From NCBI GenBank assembly GCA_976226885.1, contig OZ320317.1, forward strand, positions 79,112,001 through 79,176,000: a stretch of DNA of 64,000 nt, written 5' to 3'. A program made the translations under genes and the position numbers. The notes under the pieces are model-generated. The model made no database searches, was not told the origin of the DNA, and was given only the letters and a program-made list of their open reading frames with translations. Positions 25,001 through 37,860 of the stretch are shown in pieces; within the stretch, counting starts at the first letter, position 1; every line of letters begins with the position of its first letter. This DNA comes from Iphione sp. A-MEVVRFRX5 (lineage: Eukaryota).

Positions 25001-26356
25001 GTCTTTCATTGAATATCATCCAGTAGGTAGCCTTTCTGAGACTTTAGTGAATACAAGGAGTTGCTAGTGACTCTGAGTCTCTCATCATATAACTGAGTTA
25101 GGCCTAATTAATTGTCATAGTATTTAATACATATAAATAGATGAGTCAGTAGGTTTTGCATTTAGAATGTTTTTTGGTGAGAAGCAAACAAGGGATGCCT
25201 ACCTCCATTCTGACAGCTTGATGAAAGGTATGTCAATGGCCTGAGTTATCTTTCATCAACAGCTAAATCATTTCTCAAATATGGCATCAGTGTTCAATGG
25301 TAACACTATGGTCAGAATGCACAGTGGTTCCAAATATAACAATAATCAAGCCAGTGGTAATGTACAGTTTAACGAGTAAATGCGAAAATCAGTGGTTGTG
25401 AAACAACAAGTGTCTCTGCAGCAAATCTGTATATAAATATTAAAAGTCAGTATTAGCGGTACCAGTCAGTATTAGTGGTAAATAGAGCTCTTGGTCCAAT
25501 GCAAATATAGGAGTTAGGCTCTACGTGGGTTACTTGGCCTCAATTCGGCATGGAAAGTATTTCAGCTTTATGCATTTATTCGTTGGCATTTAATCTCAAT
25601 TGTATTCAATATAAAGGGAGGTAGGGTTGGGGTTTTGCTCATGTAGAGTGGACATGTTTGGACATACACAGGAAGTCACCTTTAGCCAATCACAGGAACA
25701 GTTATACTTGGGCAAGGCTCCTGGGTTGAAGACTGTGCATTTACCTAGACATGTCTAAAGTCACTTGATGGAGGCTAGGGGTCTGTATACAGGAAGTCAG
25801 GTATAAAGAATGCCTTAAATTAATCCTTCTTAGCTCCAACAATGTGCCTACTGGTCCTTCCAGCTGACTCCACCGAGGTAAGCTCCTAAGCTGGTTGCAA
25901 AGTATTCCATAATAGGGGCAACTGAAGAAAGGTCCCTTCATCTAGCTCCAGTCAGGCAGGCTACTTGTAACTGCTGCTAAGGATTGGCTCACTAGATGCA
26001 GCTCAAGGCCTGAATAGACTGGGGTCTTTTGTTCAAGCTATTCATTTCAAGGGAGTCAAGCTTTGCTCTTTAATACAGAGGTCTTAAGGTTTTCTTGATT
26101 TTACTCCTTTGTCATTGCTCTTGCAGAAATTCATGGAAACTTACTCATAGAATATATGTTCATATATATAACATCTACAATTGACAATTATTTCACTTTG
26201 TTAAGTACATATAGAATATATTCTTATGAATAGGAGGTCTATACCAAACTGTGTTGCCCCTATAATAAGTTTATTATTTTTTTCAACTATTTCATACGCA
26301 TCAATTATAGGCACTTACACAATCGATATGCAACAAAGTAATGAAAAATGAATTAG

Positions 26357-27052
26357 ATAAAAATATGTCTTGGAGTCCATAAAGTAACACATAGTACACT
26401 AAAGAGTATAAATCTAAATTGTCTTTTGAAGAAAACAGAATTTACCGGCGAAACGAGATGGAACGAGCATAAGTGTTATCTTGCAGTTGTCACTGTTCCC
26501 ATGTCAATACGCTTTACTGACGCGCCCGATCATTCCCTGGTGACCACCGGAGATCTTTCTATTGACTCCAATTCACTTGAGGGACTCCAAATAGCGACCT
26601 TAGGATTTGTCGGAAACGATAAATGGATACTAATCGATACTGTTTTGTCTCAATCCTTTACCCATAGGTAAATTCGTGGGGCTTCGCCCAGACTCCGTCC
26701 CAAACGAGCATTATATGGGAGAAAGCAGTCTAGTGTGCTCTCATCCGAAATACCTAATCTGCAACCAATTATTGTTTTGTATATGAAAGGGACCGAAGAT
26801 ATCGACCTTGAGACAATTGGTAAAGCAATAAATAAAGGAGGCAATCATAGGGCAGGAGGTGCCGCGGAAATGAAGGACACGCTCGGCCATTGTGGGAAAC
26901 TGGCCGAAATGAGAAGGTGTTCTTTTTGCCCTCCTTTTTGTCAAGGTTCCCCCCTCTCCCTGTTTACGGAGACAGACTCCCTGAGTGATGCCAATATCTT
27001 GGGCGTAAATCTCCAACTGAGGCTACGCAAAAAAAACAGGACGTGCCTCTAA
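26357..27052 (+). pseudogene. Long reading frame of about 232 codons with one internal stop: possible pseudogene or exon pair, unknown family
   Basis: Track ORFs 26426-26671 and 26735-27052 share a frame that is open from 26357 apart from TAA at 26669-26671. That stop overlaps a donor-like AG|GTAAAT at 26667/26668. Confidence 0.25.
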
Positions 27053-30000
27053 AACAATTCTAATGTCTTTTATCATGGGTCGTCTCTTGGCACGTTGTAG
27101 CATAAAAGTTGTTCCTGAGAGAAGGTAGAGGAGATTTAAGACCACTATGGTCCAGCTTTATGAGCAGTAAGTGTAGGAGCAGTGTATTACGAAACCGATT
27201 TATTGACAATCTTCGTTTAGTGCGTGAATTACGTCTTAATCTTCCTAAAACGGTGACTTCCTTACTTTACTCCTTAAGCTTTTACTACTCATGAATCTCC
27301 TCCTGCCCATAAATCAGACAACTATTTTGACCCCAGACATTTTTTGTATCTAGTAATATGCAAGTTAAATTGACCCATGGGGGTCTCAAGTGCACAGTTA
27401 ACCCACGGGCCTGTTTAGAGCCATCCTCCGGATACTTATATAACACTGGCCTGTGGCCACCGAGGCATCACCACTCTGGCAGTCTACGCATCATTTGCCT
27501 CTATAGGTTAATGATCCATAGACCACTTGTGTCCCCCAGACACCACCTCCTCCTCCTGCTCCCTCCTCCCCAAGGCGAGCTGATGCCAGTTCCCGTCAGC
27601 TTCTTTGACCTGCTTTCTTTCCACGGTCGCCCGAGCCCAACTTTACGCTCCTCGAGCATATCCTTGCGCCCAATGGTACGAGTCGACCGGAACAGCTCAA
27701 ACATGAGCAAACAGGCTGTGACTCTGTGGGATCCATATAGGTTGGGGACTGACTAAGCTCTCAGGTCACCCTGTCGACCTATTTCCCCTTCACGCGACGT
27801 CCTCATCGCCATACCCTTTCAACCTGCCGCCGCTCTCTTTCAGTCGAGCGTAGCAGGTCCTTGAGAGAGTCCACAAAGTCGGTGCAGGGGAGCTAAAGTT
27901 TTCCACAATGTGCGGTTATGGGTGGCGGAGGGCTACACTGCTGATGGGTTAAAAAGTTTACACCCGCGCAGTTGCTCACCGTTGTTAACCTCGGCTGCCT
28001 GCGACTCGGCGGATCGATAATGCAGATGATCTTTAACTATGTAGATTCGACGGAGTGCTGATGGGGTCTGATTGAATCAGTGTGGCCCATTGGTGTGCGT
28101 GGGGGTGTCAGTCGACCATGGAAGTGCGTTTGCTGTGCGCGCCCTTCGCCGCCTGCAAGTGACTTAACAAGTGCTCGAGTCTCTGGGACGGAATGCCAAC
28201 AGCTGTGCTTGGACGCCTCGTCACCCCCGCCCGTTGACGCCCTCGTACATCGGGCGCTGGGATTGTGCCAATTTCGGCGGCAAGAGGGAAAGGCTCCCAC
28301 TGACGAACCACCGCGGTGGCGGCGGCGGTGAGCGAGCAAGCGAGCAGCTCCTAGAAGTAGATGTGAGTTAATGTCCTGCTCTGACACGGTCCATTGCACG
28401 CCACATTTCAGCCTGCTTCAACTCCTTTCCTGGGCTACACGGTCCATCCCGGGGCCCCGAGGGGGTGTGAAAGAGGCACTTAGCTCTGACTAACACAGCA
28501 CTCAGCCCAAGTGGTCTCCTCCTCTGGTTAAAAGCACAGAGGTACCTTCTATGAGATTGTATAGAAGTAAATATTCACCTCCCTGAATCTATCTCTCCTG
28601 GCGGGAAGGAGTCTCCTCACAGGTGATGTGTCACCCCTAGTGCTCCGAGGAGTGGCACAAAGCAGCTTTTGGTGAGGGGACGCTGCTCCCCGGTCCAATG
28701 ATGGTAGTATTTTACCCCGGAAAGGTTGCGCATGCACGAGTCTGCTATCATTCTTTCCTTTGTGCTCCGAGAAATCCGACGAGGTTATCAAAACTTTGAT
28801 TTACAAAATATTCTTTTCGTCATGCGGAAGTTTTCTTAAGCAAATCATTTTCAACAGAGAGCGGGGGGGGGCTCATTCTTTCCAGCTACTACATGTATTC
28901 CCTACATACTCTTGTTTTCACGTTGAGTGCATAGCCTTGTCGTTCAGATGCAGTATTGATTTCCTCGAAGAATACAAACCTCTTCTCTCTCGATGTACCA
29001 CCTTCAAAGCCAACGCATGATTCGGCGCAGAATGCCATCAGTTGACCATCTATATTTCAGAATGGTGAATGGACCGCATACGTGGGACAGGCCGTGGTAG
29101 AAGATGCCAGTGGTCAGCAATATGGTTGACAGGCCCCTCTCGATGGATGCAGCCGCTCTATTCTGGAATGACTTCATAACGGAGAGGCTCTAGACCTAGC
29201 TCTACGTCCCCGCATCTAGATACGGCGGCACGATAAGAAAGTGGCTGATGCTCAAGAGCTGGAGTTTCCGTTGGCCTATAACAAGCCTCCGTTAAATATA
29301 CCATACTTCGTTCGTATGATAGTTTCTCGCGGTTGAAAAAGTCGTTTTTCCTCCGTGTCTGCACATATGCAATGGCTCATTACTACGTTTACTCTACGCA
29401 ACTCCTGACTGTTGTAAAATAACGTTACAGGACCACATCTGATATTATCATTTATTGGGCAATATATAGTGTACACGTGATTAGAACTTAAAGCTCTAAT
29501 GACGTAGAAGATAACTGCCAATTTTAAATAAAACTATCCAGTGTCTTGATAAGGTTATGAGTTTGATTTCCTGTAAAGTGGTATTGTAGAAGCTCAATAT
29601 TGTTGCCAATGGCTTTGTTGCAATATCGTACAAATACGATACTCTTGATTCATATTAGGGTATTGTGGCTACTCTTTCAAAAAATCTAGTCAGTTATTTT
29701 GATACACTGTTCGTTGTTTTTCCTATCCGTCTTACCATACAGGTACAAGGTTTCGGTGTTTGCCATAGTTAATCAGTTATTCAGTTGAGGAAATACAATA
29801 GAACCTCCGTATTGGGCCACCTCAGAGCATGGATCAACCTCCTGAACTGGAACAGATTTTGCCAGAACCAAGCCTTTTATTTATAATTCATTTATCTCTC
29901 AAGACTGCAGATGACCCCTAAATGGGGACACTTTTACTGGGAACCAAATTTGTCCCCCTAAGTGAGGCTTTTCTGTATATTCTTAAGGAAAACGCCTCAT

Positions 30001-33000
30001 CCCGTATGAAATATAATTGGTTGAGGTCTCAGATGTCCATATGATGCAGGAACTCCTCATAAAATGCTATACGTGTCACAATATTAAGAATGTGATACTA
30101 CGCTTGGTATATTAGACGCGTTATCTTGATTTCGCTCATGGTTGGGAATCGACGTAGATAACATCAACGCCACGCACTTAATTTCCTTGAGGATTAGCAA
30201 AATTCGTTATCTGCGTACCGCTCCATCGTGTTGAGTTGTCGCTTCATACAATATCAGATGATGCGGTGAGGATGTCGCATCGAGAGAAAGCGTTCCTCGT
30301 ACATTTATATTGAATGCATGTTGTATCCAGCCCATCCTTTAAGGGAGCAAACGTTACTATCCAACAAAAGAGAAACCGGGAAGTAACGATTATACGCACC
30401 TCAAAATAGGCATCGTGCAATATCTTGGAAGAACAAATTAACCAATCCCATAAATAGAGAATTTGTCTGGAGATTCCCCCGCAGCATACAGTGGTCAATA
30501 TCAATACTGACATACCTTGATGGTCAAGGGTACCAAGTCAACTATAACCGGCACCAAATTATGCCTGACCATACGCACCGAAGGAGTTCATAGTTTACCG
30601 TTAATGCATGGACCAAACTTTTAAAAACACGAAAAATGAATCTTTCTCTGAATATTAGGAAGCCCGCCCCTAAGGACGGGATATCACAAGCACATGCTCA
30701 TGTCACCATGACAACAGTAGGACCCTGTAAAACGGGGTGAAGTTAGCGTTATTGGTCGATGATCATAGATATACAATTCTCGTGAGGAAACTGCAGGAAC
30801 GTCATGAATAAATGTAAGTGAATATTTCAGACTGTTTGGGACAGAAAATGTTTCTGTTTTCCGTTTTTGCAGTATTTGAGACAGTGAAATTGGAGGAAAA
30901 ACCGTTCCGCCTAACAGAGCCAATTATTGTGTTTTGAAACTCTAATGTATGTGTGTTCTTCTCGTGAGTTATGTTCCAGGTCCATTGCCTACTAGACTGT
31001 CGTCTCCAGTGAGTTAAAATGATATGAAACCGTCCGAGTAAGAGTCTACAATGCTAATGTTAAAAAGGCATAGTCGCAGCGGAAACCTCTGCTCATTCCG
31101 TTCACTATCCTCCAGCTTTGATTTTCTCTCATAGGCGACCCCAGTAAACAATTGCAGTCCACTTAGCGTGGTCTGTGATAAAAGTTCCTTGTGTGATATA
31201 GGTGGTCCAGTCCGACGTTTATGTCTCATTACAGAATATTGAATTATGCAAGGTTGAATACCGAGGATTACTTAGAAATGTAGTCGTAAGACCGCGGAGG
31301 TGGTAGCCTACACTTCTTTTAGTGTATAAGAAAGGAAGATGCGGACACCAAATACTGAATGTAAACTAACGTCCCAAGATAATATACTCAAGGACATCAC
31401 TTCGTGCATCAGTCGAAAATGACAAAATCACCACGGGTTTATTTGATAGAACAGAAAAGATTATCTGAAAGAAAAATGTCATCAAGAATGTATGTGAGGT
31501 ATTGTGAAAATGGAGTCATGAAAAGTTCACTTACTATGCACTCCAACAGCCTCAAGGCACCACGGCCCATGCAGCAGGAGAAGATAGGCCCAGATCCGCA
31601 TGACGATCGTGCAGAGCTGCTGCGAACGACTCCTGAGTTAATCCCGAGCAGCTCCCGAGCGTGCGTGTCAAGCACACCCGATACACTCCTCGGTGCCACA
31701 GGTCTCCCAACGGCAGTCCCGCTGCTCCGCAAGTCCTCAGCGCTCCTGCGGAAAAGGTAAAGAGAAAGGCGAAGGTTGAGTTCTTATCTGTGGGAGATTA
31801 TGCGCAGATTACGGGCGAGGTCTTGACTGTGGAGGTCAAGTCTTGGGAGGTTGTGATAACGCATGGGCTGAGACACGTGGGGAGGATCAAAGGTCAAGAG
31901 TTGGACAACTGATACCACTTTCGGGTGGGGTCGACCATGTGGGGTGAGTTATCTCGACTGACCCTTTACGGATGATTCAATTTAAATCATGAATGCCCGC
32001 GACGGTGATAGATTAGTATATTAACTATAATTTGTTATAGATAGCACTAAAGTGTCGATGGGGAAAACAGCCGGTATAAAAGTCGATTCGGGAGAGCCTT
32101 CAAAGCCTTCAGAAAGTCAGCGGGAGGGAACTGTAGTTCACTGCACAAGCAGATTCCAAACGAAAACGTGATTTCGTTTAAACATAGAGAAGGAAAGCAG
32201 GAGTGCGTGAAACTGAGAGACAGCACGCACATCCTCGCCATGAAAGAGTCTATCCAAATAGGAATAATGGTCAGTAGAGGTAGATTCTCATCATTCGATA
32301 GCATAGGAAAAAGCATGGACATGGCTGATGAGAAATCAAGTTGCAACGCTTAATGCGATCCTAAGATCCAAACAGACACATTAAAAGAATTCGTCAACAA
32401 CATGTTCAGAGGAGGAAATCTGACAGAAGGGAGAGCGGCAGACACATGGAATAAGACAGACCCACATATGTTCTATGGGCTTCCTGCGTTTATTACCTCA
32501 ACACTGACTAGATGGTTACTCCGGAGTGTATGGTGAATAATTATGCAGGAAACGAACGTCAACATGGTTTAGAAGTTGCTTTCAATAAGGAAACGCGGTC
32601 TTCCTTGAAGAGGTCCCTGTATGGTAAGCTGGTGCAGCACGAGAAATAGTAGAAATTCTCCAATTACTTTGACAACTCGACACATTCTATCGACCCTTTT
32701 CCGACATATCTTACGTATTGTATATTAATAAAATAATTGCCATAGATTCCTTTATCAATAAGGGGCATTTCATATCCATCCATTTGAAGTGCTCATAGAT
32801 GTGCTATGGAAAACCATTCCATAGCATATCCTCTAACATTCACCTCCTCCCATTTGCATATCCATGACACCTTAATGCTTCCATTTGTATTACAATGTAT
32901 CCATCCAGCATGGGTTATCATGATGAATAGATGTGTTTTGCCAAAGAAAAGCATTGTGGGGAGACTTGTTTAGCCGTCTGGTATTATAGCATGGTGCACC

Positions 33001-34449
33001 TCTGTGAGGTTTCATCTCAACAGATCAGTAAGCATGAAAAGTATACATGTATAGGGTACATGTTAACTCCACTTAAATGGTGATATACCAGACAATTATT
33101 GCACAGACAGACAACTGATAATTAAGAAACAATTTTCTCTGTAATTTTGACCATGGTATGGACATCAGGAGCTCTGTTCTGTCAGGAAATAAAAAAATAC
33201 AGGGACAGCAGATAAGCTTCAGATCCCACGTCAGGAAGCCATGATGACTTTGACTGTACCCCCACATAAATTTTTTCTAGATTATTTGCTATTGTAATTT
33301 ATCATGATGTCCCAGTGTATAAATCCAAAAAGTAAGTCTAGATTAATAACTTCACTGATTGTGTCTGATAGGATTATTGAAATGGAACTATAAGGACTAC
33401 GTAATTACAAGATAAATACATGTACATGTATACATTAAATCATATGCATAAATGTATTGATGCACAATGACTCCAGAATCAGGCATACTACTATACCTTC
33501 AAAATGACAATGTTTCTCGATGGAAAATAACAGTATTAACTCAAACAGTATATGATAAATGCAAATCATATTATCATATACATCTGTCTCCAAGATATGC
33601 ATTTGGTCGAAAAGAGGTGCCTTTTCCGTCATCCGACAAACGTTACTTTTTCCCTGGTCACCAGTAAGAAGGTGATGCACCTCGACACCTCTTGTCATCA
33701 GTAGTTGTATGGCATGAATCAGTCCACATGTTTCTATGATGCTGGAACTATAATGTGGACATGATAGTCTAGATGACGGACGATTTCGGGTCATTTCTAA
33801 CCTCTTTCTGCCGTGCGGCGTGTCAATGTACATATATACATGTGGTGAGAGTGATGCAACAAATAACTAGAGAATTTTACTTGGAAGGTAGTGAAACTGT
33901 TTCTTTTTTTCATGTCTCAATTGTATTTTGATAAATGCTAATATATGGTAATGCCAGGAGAAATTATTGAAGTACAGGAGTCACTTAGTGTATCCTGCCG
34001 TGGTTCTGATCTTAATCCGTCAGTATGCTTTTACATTCATCCATATACATAAGTATACATGTATACCTGCGGGCCTTAGACTCAAAAACCAGCATATGCC
34101 AATGAAAAGTCCAGTTTCCAAATGGGTTCTCAGATTTAACGTTTGCGTCTACCTTTGCAAAATGGAGGTACATGTAGTGCGTTTTTCTGCATGTAGCGGT
34201 GCTTATATTGATGTTGCCATTTTGTGAAATAGGCTACTTATCGTCCAAAGGGCACACGGACCATATGCATGTATGCAAAAGGTCCATGTTTCTCGCTTGG
34301 TTTGACATACATTTACGTCTGCTCAAATGGATGAAAAAAAGCACTTAAAAGCAACAGCTAGATAAAGACTCCAACCGATTCTACTTTACTATTTCGCATC
34401 CTAATATTGCTCCAATCAATGCCAAGAACTGAGAGAGACCGGGCAGAGT

Positions 34450-34680
34450 TGAGGTCAACAAATATTGAGAAAGACAAAGAGGCAGAGAAACAGGAAGAAA
34501 CAAGAGGTAGACACACAGAGAGAAACAGATATATATATATAGAAAGACAGACAGACATAGAAAGAGAAAAGACAGACTAAGAGACAGGCAGCAAGGGAAG
34601 GAGGAGGAGGAGGAAGTACGGGTAGAAAAGCGAGGTAGACATCTAAACAGGATGATGGATAGAAAGAGGGCGCAGTTAGC
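34450..34680 (+). repeat. Purine-rich low-complexity tract with (AT)n, (AGAC)n and (GGA)n elements
   Basis: GAGAAAGACAAAGAGGCAGAG...ATATATATATAT...GACAGACAGAC...GGAGGAGGAGGAGG. Confidence 0.8.
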
Positions 34681-35451
34681 CGCCAAAACGTAGAACGGAG
34701 CAAGTCAAGGTTTGTATATACAAGCGCCTTGCTGTCTCAAACATTGCTTAGGCGACGTCCGGCTTGCATTAATGCGGTAAAACAGTCTTGTTTCTTTCAC
34801 ATCGGTTTTCATTACCTGCACTGCATCTCTATGGGCAGGCACCGACAAACTAATAGAGCCCTTTGAACGCTGTCTGGTCTCATTGCCACGGCCGCCTTCC
34901 CCCTGCGCTACGGGGAGGTAGAATATCACTGCCAACGTGTCCCGTGGGCTGCGGGGGCTCTACCGCCGGCAAATCGACCAGATCGCAATTTATTCTCGTT
35001 TCTGTTCGAATACTTGGACAAATTGCGTGAACAACACAAGTGCAGAACCTGGTTCCGAATATACCCCCCAATCCCAGAAAAAAAAGGCACATCGGGAGAT
35101 TTCTCAAGCCAATGTTCTTGAGGAAGTGGAGTTTAATATAGTCTGTGGATGTGGAGCCTTTCAATTCAGTTAGGATAACGATGTTTTTCCAGTAAATACT
35201 TTCGCATCGAGGGTAGTTTACGTATGCTTGGATGCGCGTGCTTGTATGCGTGTCCATGTGTTTATGTGGCTGTGGTCTACAAGGGGCATAGGGCAGCGCC
35301 ACCGTAAACATCGTCATAGAAGCCACTTGTGTATTAGAAGCCATGTTCTAATAGAGAGCGCAACCGAGCTTTAACATCATCTCCCGTCAGACGTCCACTA
35401 CATTAATATACCGTAAAATTTAAAAAAAAGGCCCGCATTGCTCTAATATAA

Positions 35452-35473
35452 GGCGTGGCGTGGCGTGGCATGG
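35452..35473. repeat. (GGCGT)3 GGCATGG pentanucleotide repeat
   Basis: Read directly. Confidence 0.85.
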
Positions 35474-37845
35474 ATAGGAACATTTACGGTATTCGACGTG
35501 CGTGGATGTTGTGCTTACTGAACTGACCCCACGTGCCGTTCCCCCGCTCTTTACGTAATCGAGGAAGCAGATGTGCAGATTGTCCCAATCGACACTGTGC
35601 GCACGGGGGCCCAGACCCCTTTGAGGAGGTCCGTCGATAATCTGAGATCTCCGTCTCGTGCCCACTCGTGAAGGAACGAAACGGAGATCGCATATCTAGA
35701 GTCGGCACAACCAAAGGAAGACGAAATCCCCCGAGCCGCCCCATGTACGATCAAAATTAAATCGCTCCTACTGGAGCAGGGTTGCGGAAATGGGGTTCCT
35801 GCAGAAGATTAAAGACATGACTGTTACCGCTCATTTTATTGTATTCACTGGATATACTCTTATGTACATACTTTGAGAAATGAAGGAATATATTTGAGTA
35901 TATACCATATTTTCAAGATTCACTTTTTTGGGTGTCTGGCTTCCTCTGTATTGGATACAATAACATGCCATTGGCAGCCTCTCTCGCAATATAGGGGTGT
36001 TTCACATGTTTTCCTAAAAAAATTCTCCATACACGTGCAGATGCAGAGAGGCCCTGTGAATAGATGCATGGACATACCGTCACCAAATGTATTCTAATAT
36101 TGCTTCCTGTGGAATCTGCATGCAGATGCATAGAAAACCATCCCCGAGAGATTGAAATTCATGTCTGGATAAGAATGTGGAAAAGTCTTGGCATATGTGA
36201 CTGGCGATAATCTTTGCACAGTGATGGGAGAGTCTCCGCATAAGCATCCAGAAGCGGAAAGGGAAAGTAAGCACATGTGAATAACCCTAAATGTGTCAGC
36301 TTATGCAAAGGTTTTGAAGTTTCTTATCCTGCATTCAGCAATGTCTGTCCACTTAGATTGGTCCTTACTATTGCAATTCTAGTATACATCCTCCACTGTG
36401 GAAAATAGAGAGTAAGAGCCCAACCTTGGGGTCCTGCTAATCCGAACACTCACACTACAGATATTTTGGGGGAAAGTGCCTTTCCTTGTATAGATCAGAG
36501 GGATTCGACTGTATATGTATGGGCTATGTGCAAGACTAGCTCTAGCCATGAGATGCGAAGAACTGGTAGTATTGAGTAGCACTTGGAAGATGTGCCATAC
36601 TCACTACATACGCTATACAAGTACACATTAAGAAGCCAGCTAGGTTAAAGGAAACCTTCACGACTTTTCCTTAGGAAACCTCTTGCTGCGAAGCCATTGC
36701 CATTTACTTTTTTGGTCAAATATGTTGAACAAAGGCTGTCTGGTAGCTGGTCCCCTACAGCGAATAGAAAACCCTTGCGGTGCTATTCTTACGATTCATC
36801 ATTCTCGCTTTTTTGACGCTCCTCGCGTCGCTCTCTCGCTCACAGCGTCCAAGAGAGAATGTCAGCTGGACGCCTGGAGGCTTCCGCAAAGAGGAGTGGT
36901 GTGCCTGGACGTGGAGCCTTAGAGGTGAGAGCTTAAAGGTTCCCAGTACCGTGACTGATGTTATATGGTGGGTAGAGAAAGGGTGTGACTCGCCACTGTG
37001 TAACTTGGATGGCTTCCTACTCTCCTCTGCAGGATTCAGGTTCTTTTAGTTGATCTTTGACATCCGCACTAAGCTTGTCATAGTGACTTGAAGGCCCCTG
37101 ACTATGTCCGACGCAGATATACCTCGGTAATCGCAAACGCATTTTGGGATTATTAAATATGATCAAAAAACTCTCCCGTATTAAACTGAATTTTAAAAGT
37201 TCAAATTAACCCATGTATAATGCTAAGATAAAAACAATTTCAGAGGAACCTCAAATGAAATACATTTCCAGACTGTATATCCAAGAATATCTATGAAGAA
37301 CAGCCAGTATTTCAGCTTGTTCGGTTATGCTATAAAGGTTTTATTATAAGCAGAACAACTCGACCGAAAAATGATTTGTTGGGTGCTATAATCTCTGAAG
37401 GGTATCCTTGGTATTAAGCAGACCGGCCAATCATATATCATTTTAGGAAGCAATGAGGAGCAGAAGTTAATGCATGGTACATCATCATATTAGTAATTTC
37501 TTTGCCCAGTCAGCAAAACCTTTCGGACAGTAATAGAACCGGAAAGAAGTTAGGTTACAATTGTGGAAGTCTACCATAAAGATCGAAGGATCTCGCATGT
37601 AGTGAATCTGAATTTTCCCAATGCTTCCAGAGTCAGAGAAAATATCGGCTAAACATAGTTAGTACTGGAACTACGGGAGTGTACAAAGTGACCAAATATA
37701 ACAGATGTATTTCACAGTTATGTTTCAGAACTGCAGATCAGCCAATACTAGACAGTGGAAAATATAATTTTTCAACTTCACACAATCAGATGTACACATA
37801 CCCTTATACTTAGTATGTACGGTCCTTTTTACACACCTTTAAAGC

Positions 37846-37860
37846 ATGGCGGCCATCTTT
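37846..37860 (-). promoter_or_regulatory. YY1-type motif AAAGATGGCCGCCAT
   Basis: The plus strand reads ATGGCGGCCATCTTT, a near-palindromic double CCAT core. A second good match, CGCCATCTTT, lies at 54010-54019 in a CpG-rich patch. Motif match only. Confidence 0.25.

Noticed and set aside
34358-35344. Cluster of 66-154 aa minus-strand ORFs
   Set aside because: They follow purine-rich low-complexity and GC-rich DNA, with no recognisable protein.
36000-36280. Decayed C2H2 zinc-finger array (ECGK, GESPHK, TGCAGATGCA repeated 85 bp apart)
   Set aside because: Cys/His ligands and 28-aa spacing are not consistently preserved. A similar pattern at 37500-37800 retains none of the ligands.
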